Assembly (NCBI GenBank): GCA_963531605.1
Contig: CAUSHZ010000003.1
Location: 3,824 to 67,823 of the forward strand
Length of the DNA: 64,000 bases
DNA from: an uncultured Actinomyces sp.
GTDB taxonomy: Bacteria > Actinomycetota > Actinomycetes > Actinomycetales > Actinomycetaceae
Direction of reading: 5' to 3'
A program made the position numbers and the translations under genes. Shown here piece after piece: positions 31,018 to 45,296 of the stretch (the stretch's first letter is position 1; the number at the start of each line of letters is the position of its first letter). The notes below the pieces were generated by a model. The model worked only from the letters and a program-made list of their open reading frames with translations, made no database searches and was not told the origin of the DNA.

Positions 31018-32243
31018 CGCTTTAGATTATCAAGGAATGAAGCCATATGGCCGACAAGACCAGCGGCAACCTCATCCTTTGAGCCGACGTAACGGCCCGC
31101 GATGTGGCCGCTTGCATCGAGGAGGCGAATATCGTTGGGCACGTCGCCAAATCCGACGCTCTCCCCCACCCGGTTCAAACAAATGAAATCTGCACCTTTT
31201 CGAGCAGCCTTGTCAGCGCCGTAGGCGAGAATCTCCTCGTCGGTGCCGGTCTCCGCGGCGAAACCGACGACGAGGGGCGGGCGCTGGTCGCCATGCGCGA
31301 CTTCAGCGAGGATATCGGGGTTACGAACCAGGCGGATCGTCGGAGCATCCTCGGTCGATGGGTCCTTCTTCATCTTCGACTCCGAGGTGGCCTCGGGCCG
31401 AAAGTCCGCAACGGCTGCCGTCATAACGAGAGCATCGGCGTCGGCCACCTGATCGATCAAAGCCTCGCGCATCTGCAGGGCACTGCCCACGCGAGTGACC
31501 TGCACGCCCGTCGGAAGGGCTTCGAGGAGAGCCGACTCGATGTTGGCGGCGATCACACGGACAGAGGCACCGGCTCGCGCCGCTGCCGACGCAATCGCCA
31601 GTCCCTGACGGCCGGATGACTGATTGCCCAAAAAACGGACCGGATCGATGGGTTCGCGCGTCCCGCCAGCGGTGACAACGACCGTGCGGCCAGCGAGAGC
31701 CTGCAATGATTGGTTGTGAGAATCGAGCAGCTCGAGAGCTACCCGAGCGATCTCCTCGGGTTCAGGAAGACGGCCGACACCGCTGTCGCCAGAACCGAGC
31801 GCGCCAGACGCGGGATCGATGACGTGCACACCGCGCTCGCGAAGCGTCTTGACGTTCGCCTGCGTGGCCGGTGCCAGCCACATGTTGGAGTGCATCGCGG
31901 GGGCAACAACAACCGGCGCGTCAGACGCGAGAACCGTCAGCGAGACCATGTCGTCGGCGAAACCGGCGGCGAGGCGCGCCAAAGAATGAGCGGTCGCGGG
32001 AACGACGATGATGAGGTCTGCGACGCGAGCAAGCTCCACGTGCTCGGCGCGCCCCTCCCCCGCGATATCTACAGCGACCGGGCGGGACGTGATGCCCTCC
32101 CACGTGGAGCGGCCAACGAAATCCAATGACGCGCGCGTCGCAGCGACATACACGTCGTGGCCCGCGCGTTGACACTCGCGGACCACGATGGGTGCTTTAA
32201 AGGCTGCGACGCCGCCGGTCACACCGACGACGATCGTTGCCAT
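31014..32243 (-). CDS. coaBC: Phosphopantothenoylcysteine decarboxylase/ligase
   Basis: [37 protein letters not shown]. Confidence 0.96.
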   Translation of the reverse strand: MATIVVGVTGGVAAFKAPIVVRECQRAGHDVYVAATRASLDFVGRSTWEGITSRPVAVDIAGEGRAEHVELARVADLIIVVPATAHSLARLAAGFADDMVSLTVLASDAPVVVAPAMHSNMWLAPATQANVKTLRERGVHVIDPASGALGSGDSGVGRLPEPEEIARVALELLDSHNQSLQALAGRTVVVTAGGTREPIDPVRFLGNQSSGRQGLAIASAAARAGASVRVIAANIESALLEALPTGVQVTRVGSALQMREALIDQVADADALVMTAAVADFRPEATSESKMKKDPSTEDAPTIRLVRNPDILAEVAHGDQRPPLVVGFAAETGTDEEILAYGADKAARKGADFICLNRVGESVGFGDVPNDIRLLDASGHIAGRYVGSKDEVAAGLVGHMASFLDNLKR

Positions 32244-32244
32244 G

Positions 32245-32511
32245 TCAGGCCTCGGGGTTAGCTTCGAGCGATAGGAGGCCTTCGTTGATCTCGCGCAGGG
32301 AAACAGCCAGCGGCTTCTCATCCGGCTGCACGTCGACGACCGGACCCACGAACTGGATCATGTTCTGCTGAAGCTGCAGATTGTAAGAGTTAATCTGGCG
32401 TGCGCGCTTCGCAGCGAAGATAACCAGCGCGTACTTGGAATCGACGTGCTCCAGCAGATTGTCAATGGGCGGGGACGTGATGCCCACGGGCTGGGCAACA
32501 ATTCCGGACAT
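32245..32511 (-). CDS. rpoZ: RNA polymerase omega subunit
   Basis: [20 protein letters not shown]. Confidence 0.96.
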   Translation of the reverse strand: MSGIVAQPVGITSPPIDNLLEHVDSKYALVIFAAKRARQINSYNLQLQQNMIQFVGPVVDVQPDEKPLAVSLREINEGLLSLEANPEA

Positions 32512-32547
32512 GCGTGTATTCCTCTCAGTGGCGGATTCAGATAGATA

Positions 32548-33105
32548 CTACTCCAGGCCAATGAGCCGAGCCAGCTCATCCACCGCGCGCTCCACGTCGT
32601 CGTTGATCACAACATGGTCAAACTCCGAGGCAGCCTCCAGTTCAACGCGGGCGGTAGCCAGGCGACGCGCCTGTTCCTCGGGGCTTTCGGTGCCGCGCCC
32701 GATAAGGCGACGCTCAAGCTCCTCCCACGAAGGAGGAGCGAGGAAAATGAACTGCGCGTCCGGCCTGGTGGTGCGGACCTGACGTGCGCCGGCAAGATCG
32801 ATCTCAAGGAGCACGGGCGTGCCAGCGGCGAGGGCTTCATCAACGGGTCCGCGAGGCGTTCCGTACTTGTTTTTTCCATGAACAAGCGCCCACTCCAACA
32901 TGTCTCCACGTTCGATCATTGCATCGAATTCTTGAGTGGAAACGAAGTAGTAGTGGACGCCGTTCAATTCACCGGGCCGAGGATCGCGAGTTGTTGCCGA
33001 GATCGATACGTTAAGCGTCGGGAAGCGCTTCGTCAGCGCAGCGACAACAGTTCCCTTTCCAACGGCTGTAGGGCCAGCGAGGACAGTCAGTTGAGCCTTT
33101 GTCAT
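32548..33105 (-). CDS. gmk: Guanylate kinase
   Basis: GPTAVGKGT, SATTRDPRPGE, YGT. Confidence 0.97.
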   Translation of the reverse strand: MTKAQLTVLAGPTAVGKGTVVAALTKRFPTLNVSISATTRDPRPGELNGVHYYFVSTQEFDAMIERGDMLEWALVHGKNKYGTPRGPVDEALAAGTPVLLEIDLAGARQVRTTRPDAQFIFLAPPSWEELERRLIGRGTESPEEQARRLATARVELEAASEFDHVVINDDVERAVDELARLIGLE

Positions 33106-33132
33106 GACTCAAGTGTGCCACGCTTGACCGCG

Positions 33133-33444
33133 TCAGCCGAAACGCTCGACGAGCGCCTTCCGCTGGACGGGGCCGAGGCCACGTACGCGCCTGCTCTGGG
33201 CGATCTTGTACTCGTCCATCAGCACGGCAGCCGTGTTCGTGCCGACGCGCGGCAGCGACTCCAGCAGCGAAACGACCTTCATCTTCGCTACGGCTTCGTC
33301 TGAATCAGCGAGTTCCAAAACCTCCGACAGGTTCATCGAGCGCGCCTTAAGCGCGTTCTTCACTTCGGCGCGACGCCTCCGTGCCTGTGTTGCCTTTTCG
33401 AGGGCCTGTGCCCTCTGTTCTGGCGTGAGATCAGGTAGTGCCAT
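33133..33444 (-). CDS. mihF: Actinobacterial integration host factor (mIHF)
   Basis: MALPDLTPEQRAQALEKA, LESLPRVG, RRVRGLG. Confidence 0.95.
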   Translation of the reverse strand: MALPDLTPEQRAQALEKATQARRRRAEVKNALKARSMNLSEVLELADSDEAVAKMKVVSLLESLPRVGTNTAAVLMDEYKIAQSRRVRGLGPVQRKALVERFG

Positions 33445-33545
33445 TCTGATCATCTCCTCCGTTGGGATCTTCGGTAAATAAACTATGTCACCTTCCAGAC
33501 CGCTAGTGCCAGACCAAAACGCTGCTCTTTTAGTAACAGAGCAGA

Positions 33546-34408
33546 TTATTGCAGGGAATCGACCGTTGCACGATAGGCATCTCGGAGGCCGGCGATGCTC
33601 GGGCCGGAACGCAGAATTGCTCGAGAGGACGAGGCGAGGACAGCGTCTTCGGCTCCGGCGAAAACCTCCCTGACCTGCGCCGGTCCAGCGCCCTGTGCGC
33701 CCACTCCTGGAGCCAAAAAAGCGCCATTGAGCGAGGCGAGATCGATGCCCAAACGCTTGACTGCGTCGCCCACGGTGGCTCCCACGACGATGCCAGCAGG
33801 CCCGAGGTGTTGTTGGTCACACCGGCTGTTAAAGTCCGCCAGTTGGGACACGATCCGCCCCGCAACGCTGGTTCCATCCTCGCCGCGGGCGTGCTGAACG
33901 GAGGCACCTTCGGGGTTCGATGTGAGGGCGAGAACGAACACTCCCCTTCCGGTCTGTCGCGCCAACTCGAGGGCGGGGGTCAGCGATCCGACGCCGAGGT
34001 AGGGCGAGAGCGTGACTGCATCACCGGCAAGTGGGGAGGCGTCCGACAAGAACGCCTGTGCATAGCCGTCCATCGTCGAGCCGATGTCACCGCGCTTAGC
34101 ATCCACAATGCACAGCGTGCCGACTTCACGGCAGGCAGCGATGACCTCTTCGAGGATGGCGACGCCTCGAGAGCCGTGCCGTTCGAAGAACGCGGCCTGA
34201 GGCTTGAAGGCGGCAACGCGACCACCGAGCGCCTCGATGACTCGAAGGGAGAACTCTCGCACACCGTTCGCGTCGTCGTCAAGTCCCCATTCTTGCAAGA
34301 GAGAGGCGTGGGGATCGATGCCCACGCACACGGGGCCGTAGGTGCGCATGGCGGTGTACAGACGGTCGCCGAAGGCAGCCGAGGCGGCAGGCTTGATTGC
34401 GGAAGTTG

Positions 34409-34412
<4 letters not shown>
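33546..34412 (-). CDS. pyrF: Orotidine-5'-phosphate decarboxylase
   Basis: [23 protein letters not shown]. Confidence 0.96.
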
Positions 34413-37707
<3,295 letters not shown>

Positions 37708-37708
<1 letters not shown>

Positions 37709-38895
37709 CAGTGGGTCTCCTTAGCGGCGGTCATCAGGGTAATGAAGCGATCGAAGAGCAGCTCGCCGTCATGTGGGCCTGCTGCTGCCTCGGGGTGATA
37801 CTGGACGGAGAAGGCGGGAATGTCCAGGGCGCGCAGGCCCTCGACGACGCCGTCGTTGAGACCGACGTGGGAGACCTCGACGCGCCCGTAGCGTCCCGAT
37901 TCGAAGGGAGCGATCGAGGGCTCCCCCACCGGGGCATCCACCGCGAAGCCATGGTTGTGAGCAGTGATCTCCACGCGGCCCGTGGCCACGTCCTTCACCG
38001 GCTGGTTGATGCCGCGGTGACCATAGTCCAGCTTGTAGGTGCCGTAGCCGAGAGCGCGGCCGAAGAGCTGGTGACCGAAGCAGATCCCGAAGTACGGGAT
38101 GCCAGCGTCCAAAACGGCGCGCAGCACGCCGATCTCGCGGTCGGCCGTCGATGGGTCGCCGGGACCGTTGGAGAAGAAGACGCCGTCCGGCTTGAGTGCC
38201 TCGATGTCGGCGAAGGACACGGTCGAAGGCACCACGTAGACGCGCACTCCGCGCGCGGCCAGGTGGTAGGGCGTCCGCGACTTGATACCGAGGTCAACGG
38301 CAACGACGCGCGCGATGGGCTCCTTGCCCTCGAAGTCGCCAAGAGGTTCCACCACGTAGGTCTCGTCCGTCGACACCTCAGCGGCCAGCGCCGCTCCGCT
38401 CATCGCGGGCGACTCGGAGACGATGCGCACGAGGGAGGCCACGGCCTCGTCCCCCAGGTACTGCGCGCCCACGGGCAGCGCATCACCCGAGAAGATGCCG
38501 GCGCGCATGGCCCCGCGCTCGCGGATGTGGCGCGTGATCGCACGCGTGTCGACGTCCGCGATGCCGACGATGCCCTGAGCGATTAGCTCGTCCTCCAGCT
38601 CGCGGCGCGAGCGCCAGTTAGAGGCGCGGCGGGCGGCGTCTCGCACCACGAAGCCCGCAACCCAGATGCGCGAGGACTCGGGATCCTCGTCGTTAACGCC
38701 GGTGTTACCGATGTGTGGGGCCGTCATGACGACGATCTGGCGGTGGTACGACGGGTCGGTGAGCGTCTCCTGGTAGCCGGTCATGCCGGTCGAGAACACG
38801 ATCTCGCCGAGCGTGCGGCCCCTCGTGCCCCACGCGCGGCCCATGAAAACGGTGCCGTCCTCCAGGACGAGCAGAGCGATATCGGACGTGGTCAT
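37708..38895 (-). CDS. carA: Carbamoyl-phosphate synthase small subunit
   Basis: SNGPGDP, GICFGHQ, QYHPE. Confidence 0.98.
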
Positions 38896-40211
38896 CGGTC
38901 CTCCTTAGCAACCGGGGTGGCATCGACGACCGTGGGGACGCCGCCAAAAATCGTGTAGCGCACCTGTCCGGGCAGTTCCATACCGCGGAAGGGGCAGTTC
39001 GTGGAGCGCGTCCACTGCTTGGCCGGGTCGACCGTCACGCGGACGGTGGCGTCCACGAGGGTCACGTGTGCGGGGGCACCGACGACGATGCCCTGGCCCT
39101 GCGATTCCACGCGGCCGATTCGGGCGGGAACCGTCGACATGACGCGGGCGACGTCCGCCCAGTCCATGCGGCCCGTGTTCACCATCGTCTCGATAATGAT
39201 CGGCAGCGCCGTCTCCAGGCCGGTCATGCCAAACGCGCCGGCCTGCCACTCGCAGTCCTTCATCTCGAGGGGATGCGGCGCATGGTCCGTGCCGATGCAG
39301 TCGATCGTGCCGTCGGCCAGGCCCTCGCGCACCGCCTCGACGTCCTCGGCGCGGCGCAGCGGCGGGTTCACCTTGTAGAGCGGGTCGTAGGTGGCGGCCA
39401 GCTGCTCGGTCAGGAGCAGGTGGTGAGGCGTGGCCTCGGCCGTAATGTCGACGCCCTGTGCCTTGCCCCAGCGCACGAGGTCGACCGAGCCCGCGGTCGA
39501 CAGGTGACACACGTGCAGGCGCGAGCCGACGTGCTTGGCGAGCAGGATGTCGCGGGCGATGATCGCCTCCTCGGCGACGGCGGGCCAACCGGCCAGGCCG
39601 AGCTCGCCGGACAGCGTCGACTCGTTCATCTGAGCGCCCTCGGTAAGGGCGGGATCCTGGCTGTGCTGGGCGATCACACCGCCGAAGCCCTTGACATATT
39701 CGAGGGCGCGGCGCATGAGGACGGGATCGGACACGCACTTGCCGTCGTCGGAGAAGACGCGGACCTTCGAGCGCGAACGGGCCATCGACCCGAGCGAGGC
39801 GAGGTGCTTGCCTTCCAGGCCCTTGGTGACGGCGCCGACGGGACGTACCTCGACCCAGTCGGCCTCCTCGCCCAGGCGAAGCACCTGGTCGACGATGGCC
39901 GCGGTGTCCTGCGTGGGCGTCGTGTTGGCCATCGCGTGCACGGCCGTGTAGCCGCCGACGGCAGCCGCGCGCGTGCCGGTGAAGACGGTCTCGGCGTCCT
40001 CCCCACCCGGCTGGCGCAGGTGGGTGTGAATGTCGACGAGGCCGGGCAGAGCGATGAGGCCTTCCGCGTCGATGACGCGCGGGTCGCGTACGGCGTCGCG
40101 AGCGTCGGCACCGATCGCGACGATGGTGCCACCGGACAGCGCAATGTCGGTGGCTTCGCCGCCGAGCAGCGAGGCGCCGGTGATCAGGATGTCACGGGTC
40201 TGTTCAGTCAT
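38892..40211 (-). CDS. pyrC: Dihydroorotase
   Basis: DIHTHLR, KVNPPLR, TDHAPH. Confidence 0.96.
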   Translation of the reverse strand: MTEQTRDILITGASLLGGEATDIALSGGTIVAIGADARDAVRDPRVIDAEGLIALPGLVDIHTHLRQPGGEDAETVFTGTRAAAVGGYTAVHAMANTTPTQDTAAIVDQVLRLGEEADWVEVRPVGAVTKGLEGKHLASLGSMARSRSKVRVFSDDGKCVSDPVLMRRALEYVKGFGGVIAQHSQDPALTEGAQMNESTLSGELGLAGWPAVAEEAIIARDILLAKHVGSRLHVCHLSTAGSVDLVRWGKAQGVDITAEATPHHLLLTEQLAATYDPLYKVNPPLRRAEDVEAVREGLADGTIDCIGTDHAPHPLEMKDCEWQAGAFGMTGLETALPIIIETMVNTGRMDWADVARVMSTVPARIGRVESQGQGIVVGAPAHVTLVDATVRVTVDPAKQWTRSTNCPFRGMELPGQVRYTIFGGVPTVVDATPVAKEDR

Positions 40212-41190
40212 TGCTGTGTCCTTCCGATGCGAGGAGCAGGTAGAGGGCGGCCATGCGGATGCACACACCGTTCGACACCTGTTCGACGATGACAGATTGG
40301 TCTGAGTCGGCTGCCTCAGCGCAGATTTCGAGGCCTCGGTTCATGGGGCCGGGATGCATGACGACGGCGCTGGGCGGCAGCGTCGCGAAGCGTGCGGGGG
40401 TCAGGCCGTACTCCGCGTGGTAGGCGCCGGGCGAGGGGAAGAAACCGCCGCCCGCGCTCGACATGCGTTCGCGCTGCACGCGCAGCATCATGACCGCATC
40501 GGGGCGCATCGCCAGGGCCTCGTCGAAGTTGTAGGAGGTGTCGCAGTTCCAGGTCTGGACGCCGATCGGCAGGAGCGTCGGGGGCGCGACGAGGGTGACG
40601 TGGGCACCCAGGAGCGTCAGGAGATCGACGTTGGAGCGCGCCACGCGCGAGTGGAGGACGTCGCCGACGATAATGACGTGGGCGCCGTCGAGGCCGGAGC
40701 CGGGGGCGGGTGTTCCGTCGTCGCCGAGCGACGGCGCATAGTGACGACGCAGGGTCATTGCGTCAAGGAGTGCCTGCGTCGGATGCTGGTGGGTGCCGTC
40801 ACCTGCGTTGAGGACCGGCAGGTTCATCCAGCCGGCGTGCGCGAGACGGTGTGCGGCACCCGACGAGGAGTGGCGCACGATGACCGCGTCCGCTCCCATG
40901 GCCTCCAGCGTGAGCGCGGTGTCCTTGAGGGACTCGCCCTTGGAGACGGAGGAGCCGCGAGACTGGAAGTTGATGACGTCGGCGCTCAGGCGCTTGGCGG
41001 CGGTCTCAAAAGAGATGCGGGTTCGCGTCGAATCCTCAAAAAAGAGGTTGACGACAGTCTTGCCCTGAAGCGTCGGAAGCTTCTTCACGCCGTGGCGTTG
41101 AGTGGTGGCCATCTGCTCCGCTGTGTCGAGGATCAGAATCGCCTCCTCGCGCGTCAGGTCGCGGATCGAAATGAGATGGCTCAGGCTCAT
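40204..41190 (-). CDS. pyrB: Aspartate carbamoyltransferase catalytic subunit
   Basis: [20 protein letters not shown]. Confidence 0.97.
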   Translation of the reverse strand: MSLSHLISIRDLTREEAILILDTAEQMATTQRHGVKKLPTLQGKTVVNLFFEDSTRTRISFETAAKRLSADVINFQSRGSSVSKGESLKDTALTLEAMGADAVIVRHSSSGAAHRLAHAGWMNLPVLNAGDGTHQHPTQALLDAMTLRRHYAPSLGDDGTPAPGSGLDGAHVIIVGDVLHSRVARSNVDLLTLLGAHVTLVAPPTLLPIGVQTWNCDTSYNFDEALAMRPDAVMMLRVQRERMSSAGGGFFPSPGAYHAEYGLTPARFATLPPSAVVMHPGPMNRGLEICAEAADSDQSVIVEQVSNGVCIRMAALYLLLASEGHSND

Positions 41191-41193
41191 CGT

Positions 41194-41757
41194 TTACAGG
41201 CCTTTCCCGAGAAGGACGCCATCGCGCCCGTCTGTTTCGTCGAGCAGAATGGTGACAATTTCGTCGCGGGAGGTCGGCAGGTTCTTACCGACGTAATCCG
41301 GGCGAATCGGAAGCTCGCGATGGCCTCGGTCGACGAGGACTGCGAGCTGAACGGCCGCGGGGCGACCGATACGAGTGAGAGCGTCGAGCGCAGCCTTGAT
41401 GGTGCGGCCGGTGTACAGCACGTCGTCGACGAGGACGACCGTCTTGCCGTTAATCCCAGTGCGAGGAACCAGAGTCTCTTTCGGAGCCCTCAGGGGCTGA
41501 GAGGCCAGGTCGTCGCGGTACATCGTGGTGTCGATGATTGCGAGTTCCGCGTAGGTGCCGGAAACTTCGCGGATGCGATTGACGAGGCGGCGTGCCAACG
41601 TCGCGCCGCGAGTGGGGATGCCTGCGATCACGAGATTATCGCTGCCACCGTTGCGTTCGACGATCTCATAGGCGATGCGTGTCAGGGAGCGTGCGACGTC
41701 GCCAATTCCCAATACTTCTTTGCCGCGCGATGCGCGATCTGCGTGCACTTCGGCCAC
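41194..41757 (-). CDS. pyrR: Pyrimidine regulatory protein/UPRTase PyrR
   Basis: GIPTRG, VDDVLYTGRT, DRGHRELPI. Confidence 0.97.
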   Translation of the reverse strand: MAEVHADRASRGKEVLGIGDVARSLTRIAYEIVERNGGSDNLVIAGIPTRGATLARRLVNRIREVSGTYAELAIIDTTMYRDDLASQPLRAPKETLVPRTGINGKTVVLVDDVLYTGRTIKAALDALTRIGRPAAVQLAVLVDRGHRELPIRPDYVGKNLPTSRDEIVTILLDETDGRDGVLLGKGL

Positions 41758-41761
41758 GCTT

Positions 41762-41798
41762 ACTCCTTCCCCGCCTCACGGGACGGTCATTAAAGGAT
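41762..41798 (-). promoter_or_regulatory. PyrR-binding RNA element overlapping the pyrR ribosome-binding site
   Basis: Minus strand TCCTTTAA-TGACC-GTCCCGTGAGGC-GGGGAAGGAG matches the PyrR binding-loop consensus; -10 TAGGAT at 41812-41817. Confidence 0.85.
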
Positions 41799-41959
41799 CT
41801 GTCGTACGTCCATCCTACGCTCCCGATCAGACGTGAGTGTGACGCCTCCACGTGTGAAAGCCCACGTGGAATGGTCATGTGTGAAATCGGTGTCGAGCTG
41901 TTGGTGATTGCTTGACATGCGACGAGAAGGCTGCGGTGTCGAGAAAGCTGTGTGGACCA

Positions 41960-41997
41960 TACCCGGTAGGGGTATTCTCCAATACCCCTACCGGGTA
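41960..41997. promoter_or_regulatory. Paired CsoR/RcnR-type operator-like boxes
   Basis: TACCCGGTAGGGGTA and TACCCCTACCGGGTA form a perfect 17-bp inverted repeat with a 4-nt spacer. Confidence 0.6.
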
Positions 41998-42114
41998 CCA
42001 CGTCTTCCATGCCAGAATGCGAGCCCTTTGACAATGCAATGAAAGGGGCGAACCCGGTAAAATTCAATCTGCGCCGACGGCGCCGAAGAGACTTCACTAA
42101 AGAAAGGCCACACT

Positions 42115-42411
42115 ATGACGATCGAACAGCTTCCCCACCCCGAGGTCCATGGTGGCGGCTGCGGCTGCGGCGAACACGACGTTGCCGTGCCGACCATTGA
42201 TGCGACCGCTATCCCCCACCGTCTGCGCCATGCGGCCGTTCTCGGTGCTGCCCAGTCGATGAACGCCGGTGAATCCTTCATCATCCGCGCACCGCACCTG
42301 CCTCGCCCGCTGCTCGCGCAGATCGCACAGCTGCCCGGCGAGTGGACTTTTGAGGTCATCGTTGATGGCCCGGAGTTCTGGGACGTGCGTACGACGCGCC
42401 TGTCTCTGTAA
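42115..42411 (+). CDS. DUF2249-domain protein with His/Cys-rich N-terminus
   Basis: HPEVHGGGCGCGEH, then IDATAIPHRLRH...APHLPRPLL...GPEFW; SD GAAAGG. Confidence 0.8.
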   Translation: MTIEQLPHPEVHGGGCGCGEHDVAVPTIDATAIPHRLRHAAVLGAAQSMNAGESFIIRAPHLPRPLLAQIAQLPGEWTFEVIVDGPEFWDVRTTRLSL

Positions 42412-42425
42412 CACAGCCTCATGAC

Positions 42426-42467
42426 ATGGTGAAGGCCGACTCTCGATTGAGAGTCGGCCTTCACCAT
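42426..42467. terminator. Likely bidirectional terminator hairpin
   Basis: Perfect 19-bp stem ATGGTGAAGGCCGACTCTC-gatt-GAGAGTCGGCCTTCACCAT between convergent genes. Confidence 0.85.
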
Positions 42468-42484
42468 CAGTATGAAGCGAGCGC

Positions 42485-43105
42485 TCAGTATTCCTCAAGG
42501 AGTTCGTCGAGCTCGTCTTCGACGCTGCCGCCATCCAGCGGCTTGGCACCGGCGGGCAGAGAGCGTGCGGGCGCTTCCTGCGCGGGCAGCTCATCGTCGG
42601 ACGATGACTCGGCCTCATCGGAAGCTCGGACGTCCTCTTCCTCGGAGCTGCGACGCGACCACGCGGGGGACGCGAGATCCTTACGGATCGCGTCGAGAAC
42701 CGCGTTCACGAACGACGGCGACGTATCGGTCGAGATCGATCGAACGATCGAAATGGCCTCGTCGATGACGATGATCGGCGACACCTCGTCGTTTTCGAGC
42801 ATCTCCCACACCGCCACGCGCATGACCGCGAGGTCGACGGCAGCGATGCGATCCAAGCCGGGCACGCGAGCATGCGCCGAGATCAGCGAGTCGATGCGAC
42901 GCAGATTGTCCGCCACGCCGGCGATGATCTGGATCGAGAACTCCGGGAGCGGAGTCTGAGCCGCGGTGATGACGCGGCGCTCGCGCAGGAGGTCGCGCAG
43001 CACGTCGGGGTTGGACCCCATGCCGCGCTGGTCGGCCTCGTAAACGACGTCAGCCGCGCGCTTGCGGGCCTTGGTGCGCGAGGTGAAGCGGTGCTGCTTC
43101 GACAT
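42485..43105 (-). CDS. nusB: Transcription antitermination factor NusB
   Basis: RTKARKRA, VIDEA, FVNAVLD; acidic tail; follows efp. Confidence 0.93.
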   Translation of the reverse strand: MSKQHRFTSRTKARKRAADVVYEADQRGMGSNPDVLRDLLRERRVITAAQTPLPEFSIQIIAGVADNLRRIDSLISAHARVPGLDRIAAVDLAVMRVAVWEMLENDEVSPIIVIDEAISIVRSISTDTSPSFVNAVLDAIRKDLASPAWSRRSSEEEDVRASDEAESSSDDELPAQEAPARSLPAGAKPLDGGSVEDELDELLEEY

Positions 43106-43668
43106 TACTCGGTCACGCGACCCGAGTACGAGCCGTCGCGGGTGTCAACCTTGACGCGGGTGCCTTCCTCCATGAAGAGGGGAACCTGGATCTCGTAGCC
43201 GGTCTCGAGGGTCGCGGGCTTGGTGCCGGCGGAGGAACGGTCGCCCTGCAGGCCGGGCTCGGTGTGCGTGATCGTCAGAACGACGGTCGCGGGCAGCTCG
43301 ACGAACAGGACGGTGCCGTCGTGCTGGGAGACGATAACGTCCTGGTTCTCCACCATGAAGTTGCGGGCGTCGCCCACGGTCTCGGCGGGAACGTTGATCT
43401 GCTCGTAGGTGGACTGATCCATGAAGACGTAGTCGGTGCCGTCCTGGTACAGGTACGTCATGTCGCGACGGTCAACGGTCGCGGTCTCGATCTTCAGGCC
43501 CGCGTTGAAGGTCTTGTCAACGGTCTTGCCGGACAGGACGTTCTTGATCTTGGTGCGCACGAAGGCCGGGCCCTTGCCGGGCTTCACGTGCTGGAATTCG
43601 ACAACCTGCCAGAGCTGGCCGTCGATGACCATAACCAGGCCGTTCTTCAGATCATTGGTCGTTGCCAC
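43105..43668 (-). CDS. efp: Elongation factor P
   Basis: [18 protein letters not shown]. Confidence 0.98.
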   Translation of the reverse strand: MATTNDLKNGLVMVIDGQLWQVVEFQHVKPGKGPAFVRTKIKNVLSGKTVDKTFNAGLKIETATVDRRDMTYLYQDGTDYVFMDQSTYEQINVPAETVGDARNFMVENQDVIVSQHDGTVLFVELPATVVLTITHTEPGLQGDRSSAGTKPATLETGYEIQVPLFMEEGTRVKVDTRDGSYSGRVTE

Positions 43669-43692
43669 AGGGGTACCTCACTTGAGAAGGAA

Positions 43693-44217
43693 TCAGTAAT
43701 CAGGGGTCAGTTTACACGCGCGTGCGACCAAATCCGCGACTTCTTGCGGGGTGCGCGCACTCGTATCGACTGTTGTGTCGGCCACGGAGGCGTATACCTC
43801 GCGCGCTTGTTTCATCAGCTGGGTGAGCACGGCGCGGGGTGCGCCGAGGCCGACCGAGCGCGGAGCACCGAGGCCTTCTCGGCGTGATACCGCGGAAAGA
43901 TCGGCACTGAGTTCAATGACGTACGCGCCGTTTGCGCGCGCCCGTTCGATCGACGAGGCAGTGGCTGGGTCGAGCGGCGCAGAGGCACCGAGCGTGACAA
44001 TGCCCTCGTCAAGGCTGAGGAGGCGCGCGGCTTCTTCGCGCGCTGTGGCGGCCAGGCGCGGGTCGCGTCCGACCACGAGCGTGCGCATGGGTGCGCCCAG
44101 GCGTTCCTCGACGGCCTCGTCGACCTCGTAGAGCGGAAGTTCGTAGCGACGAGAAAGCTCGCGTCCAACGGTGGTTTTGCCGCAGCCCGTGACTCCGATC
44201 AACACGATGAGGCTCAT
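43693..44217 (-). CDS. Divergent shikimate-kinase-like protein
   Basis: P-loop GVTGCGKTT; shikimate kinase length and pattern, but shikimate-binding motifs are altered. Confidence 0.7.
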   Translation of the reverse strand: MSLIVLIGVTGCGKTTVGRELSRRYELPLYEVDEAVEERLGAPMRTLVVGRDPRLAATAREEAARLLSLDEGIVTLGASAPLDPATASSIERARANGAYVIELSADLSAVSRREGLGAPRSVGLGAPRAVLTQLMKQAREVYASVADTTVDTSARTPQEVADLVARACKLTPDY

Positions 44218-45296
44218 GCGCGAATGCCAATCTGTGAGGCCGGAGCCGCCAGCTCCTGCGGATCGACGGAGACCGTCCCCGGGTTCGCGAGGCCGTCAAG
44301 GAGGACGAACCGCAGGACTCCGCGTCGCACTTTCTTGTCGGAGAGCATGATGTGGATGAGCTCGTCGAGAGTGCTTCCCTCGTAGCGGATGGGCAGTCCG
44401 ACGCGGGAGAAAAGCTGGTCGTGGCGGGCAACATCGTCAGCGCTGAGCAGGCCCCTGGCCTGGGCCAAACGCGCGGCGAAACAACATCCAACTGCGACCG
44501 CATCGCCGTGGCGCCAGGTGTAGTCGTTTGCCCGCTCAATCGCGTGCGCGAGCGTGTGTCCGTAGTTGAGGATCTCGCGCAGGCCGCCCTCCGTCAGGTC
44601 GGCCGACACAACGCGGGCCTTCACGGCGATCGCGCGGGTCGTGATCTCCGCGAGCTGCGGGCTGTTCGATTGGAGGATCTCGCTCGGTTCGGTCTCCTCG
44701 ACGATGCGCAGGATCTCGGGGTCGGCGATAAAACCGCACTTGATGACCTCGGCCACGCCGGCCGCCAGATCGGGCGTCGGGAGGCTCTCGAGGAGATCCA
44801 TATCGGCAACCACGGACGTTGCCGGGTAGAACGAACCGACAAGGTTCTTTCCGACCGACGTGTTGATTCCCGTCTTACCGCCAACGGCCGCGTCAACCAT
44901 GGCGAGGAGAGTGGTTGGAACGTTGATGAGGGTGATGCCGCGTAGCCACGTGGCAGCAACGAAACCAGCCATGTCGGTGGTTGCTCCCCCACCCATGGCG
45001 ATGATCGCGTCTTTACGCCCGAGCTGAAGGCGCCCGCACTCATCCCATAGGGATGCAACGACGTCGATGGACTTTCCTGCCTCGGCATCGGGATGAAAGG
45101 CAGTTGATGCGTCGATGCCCTGCTCGCGCAGGTACTGTGCCAGGGCCTCGGCACGGTGAGAAAGAGGCCGCGCGTGAATGATGAGCACTTTGGTCGCGGT
45201 CTCATCGAGGGCCTCACGAATCGGCTCGAAGCCAAGCCCGTGTCCGACCGTGATGGTTGAGGGGTGTTCTCCGGTGACGCGGATAATCGTGCTCAT
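44214..45296 (-). CDS. aroB: 3-dehydroquinate synthase
   Basis: GGGATTD, PTTLLAMVDAAVGGKTG, LNYGHTLAHA. Confidence 0.97.
   Translation of the reverse strand: MSTIIRVTGEHPSTITVGHGLGFEPIREALDETATKVLIIHARPLSHRAEALAQYLREQGIDASTAFHPDAEAGKSIDVVASLWDECGRLQLGRKDAIIAMGGGATTDMAGFVAATWLRGITLINVPTTLLAMVDAAVGGKTGINTSVGKNLVGSFYPATSVVADMDLLESLPTPDLAAGVAEVIKCGFIADPEILRIVEETEPSEILQSNSPQLAEITTRAIAVKARVVSADLTEGGLREILNYGHTLAHAIERANDYTWRHGDAVAVGCCFAARLAQARGLLSADDVARHDQLFSRVGLPIRYEGSTLDELIHIMLSDKKVRRGVLRFVLLDGLANPGTVSVDPQELAAPASQIGIRA

Noticed and set aside
42009..42200. 63-aa ORF or riboswitch in the DUF2249 leader
   Set aside because: The ORF overlaps the real gene out of frame with no RBS; no known aptamer was recognised; TTGACA and TAAAAT are 24 nt apart.
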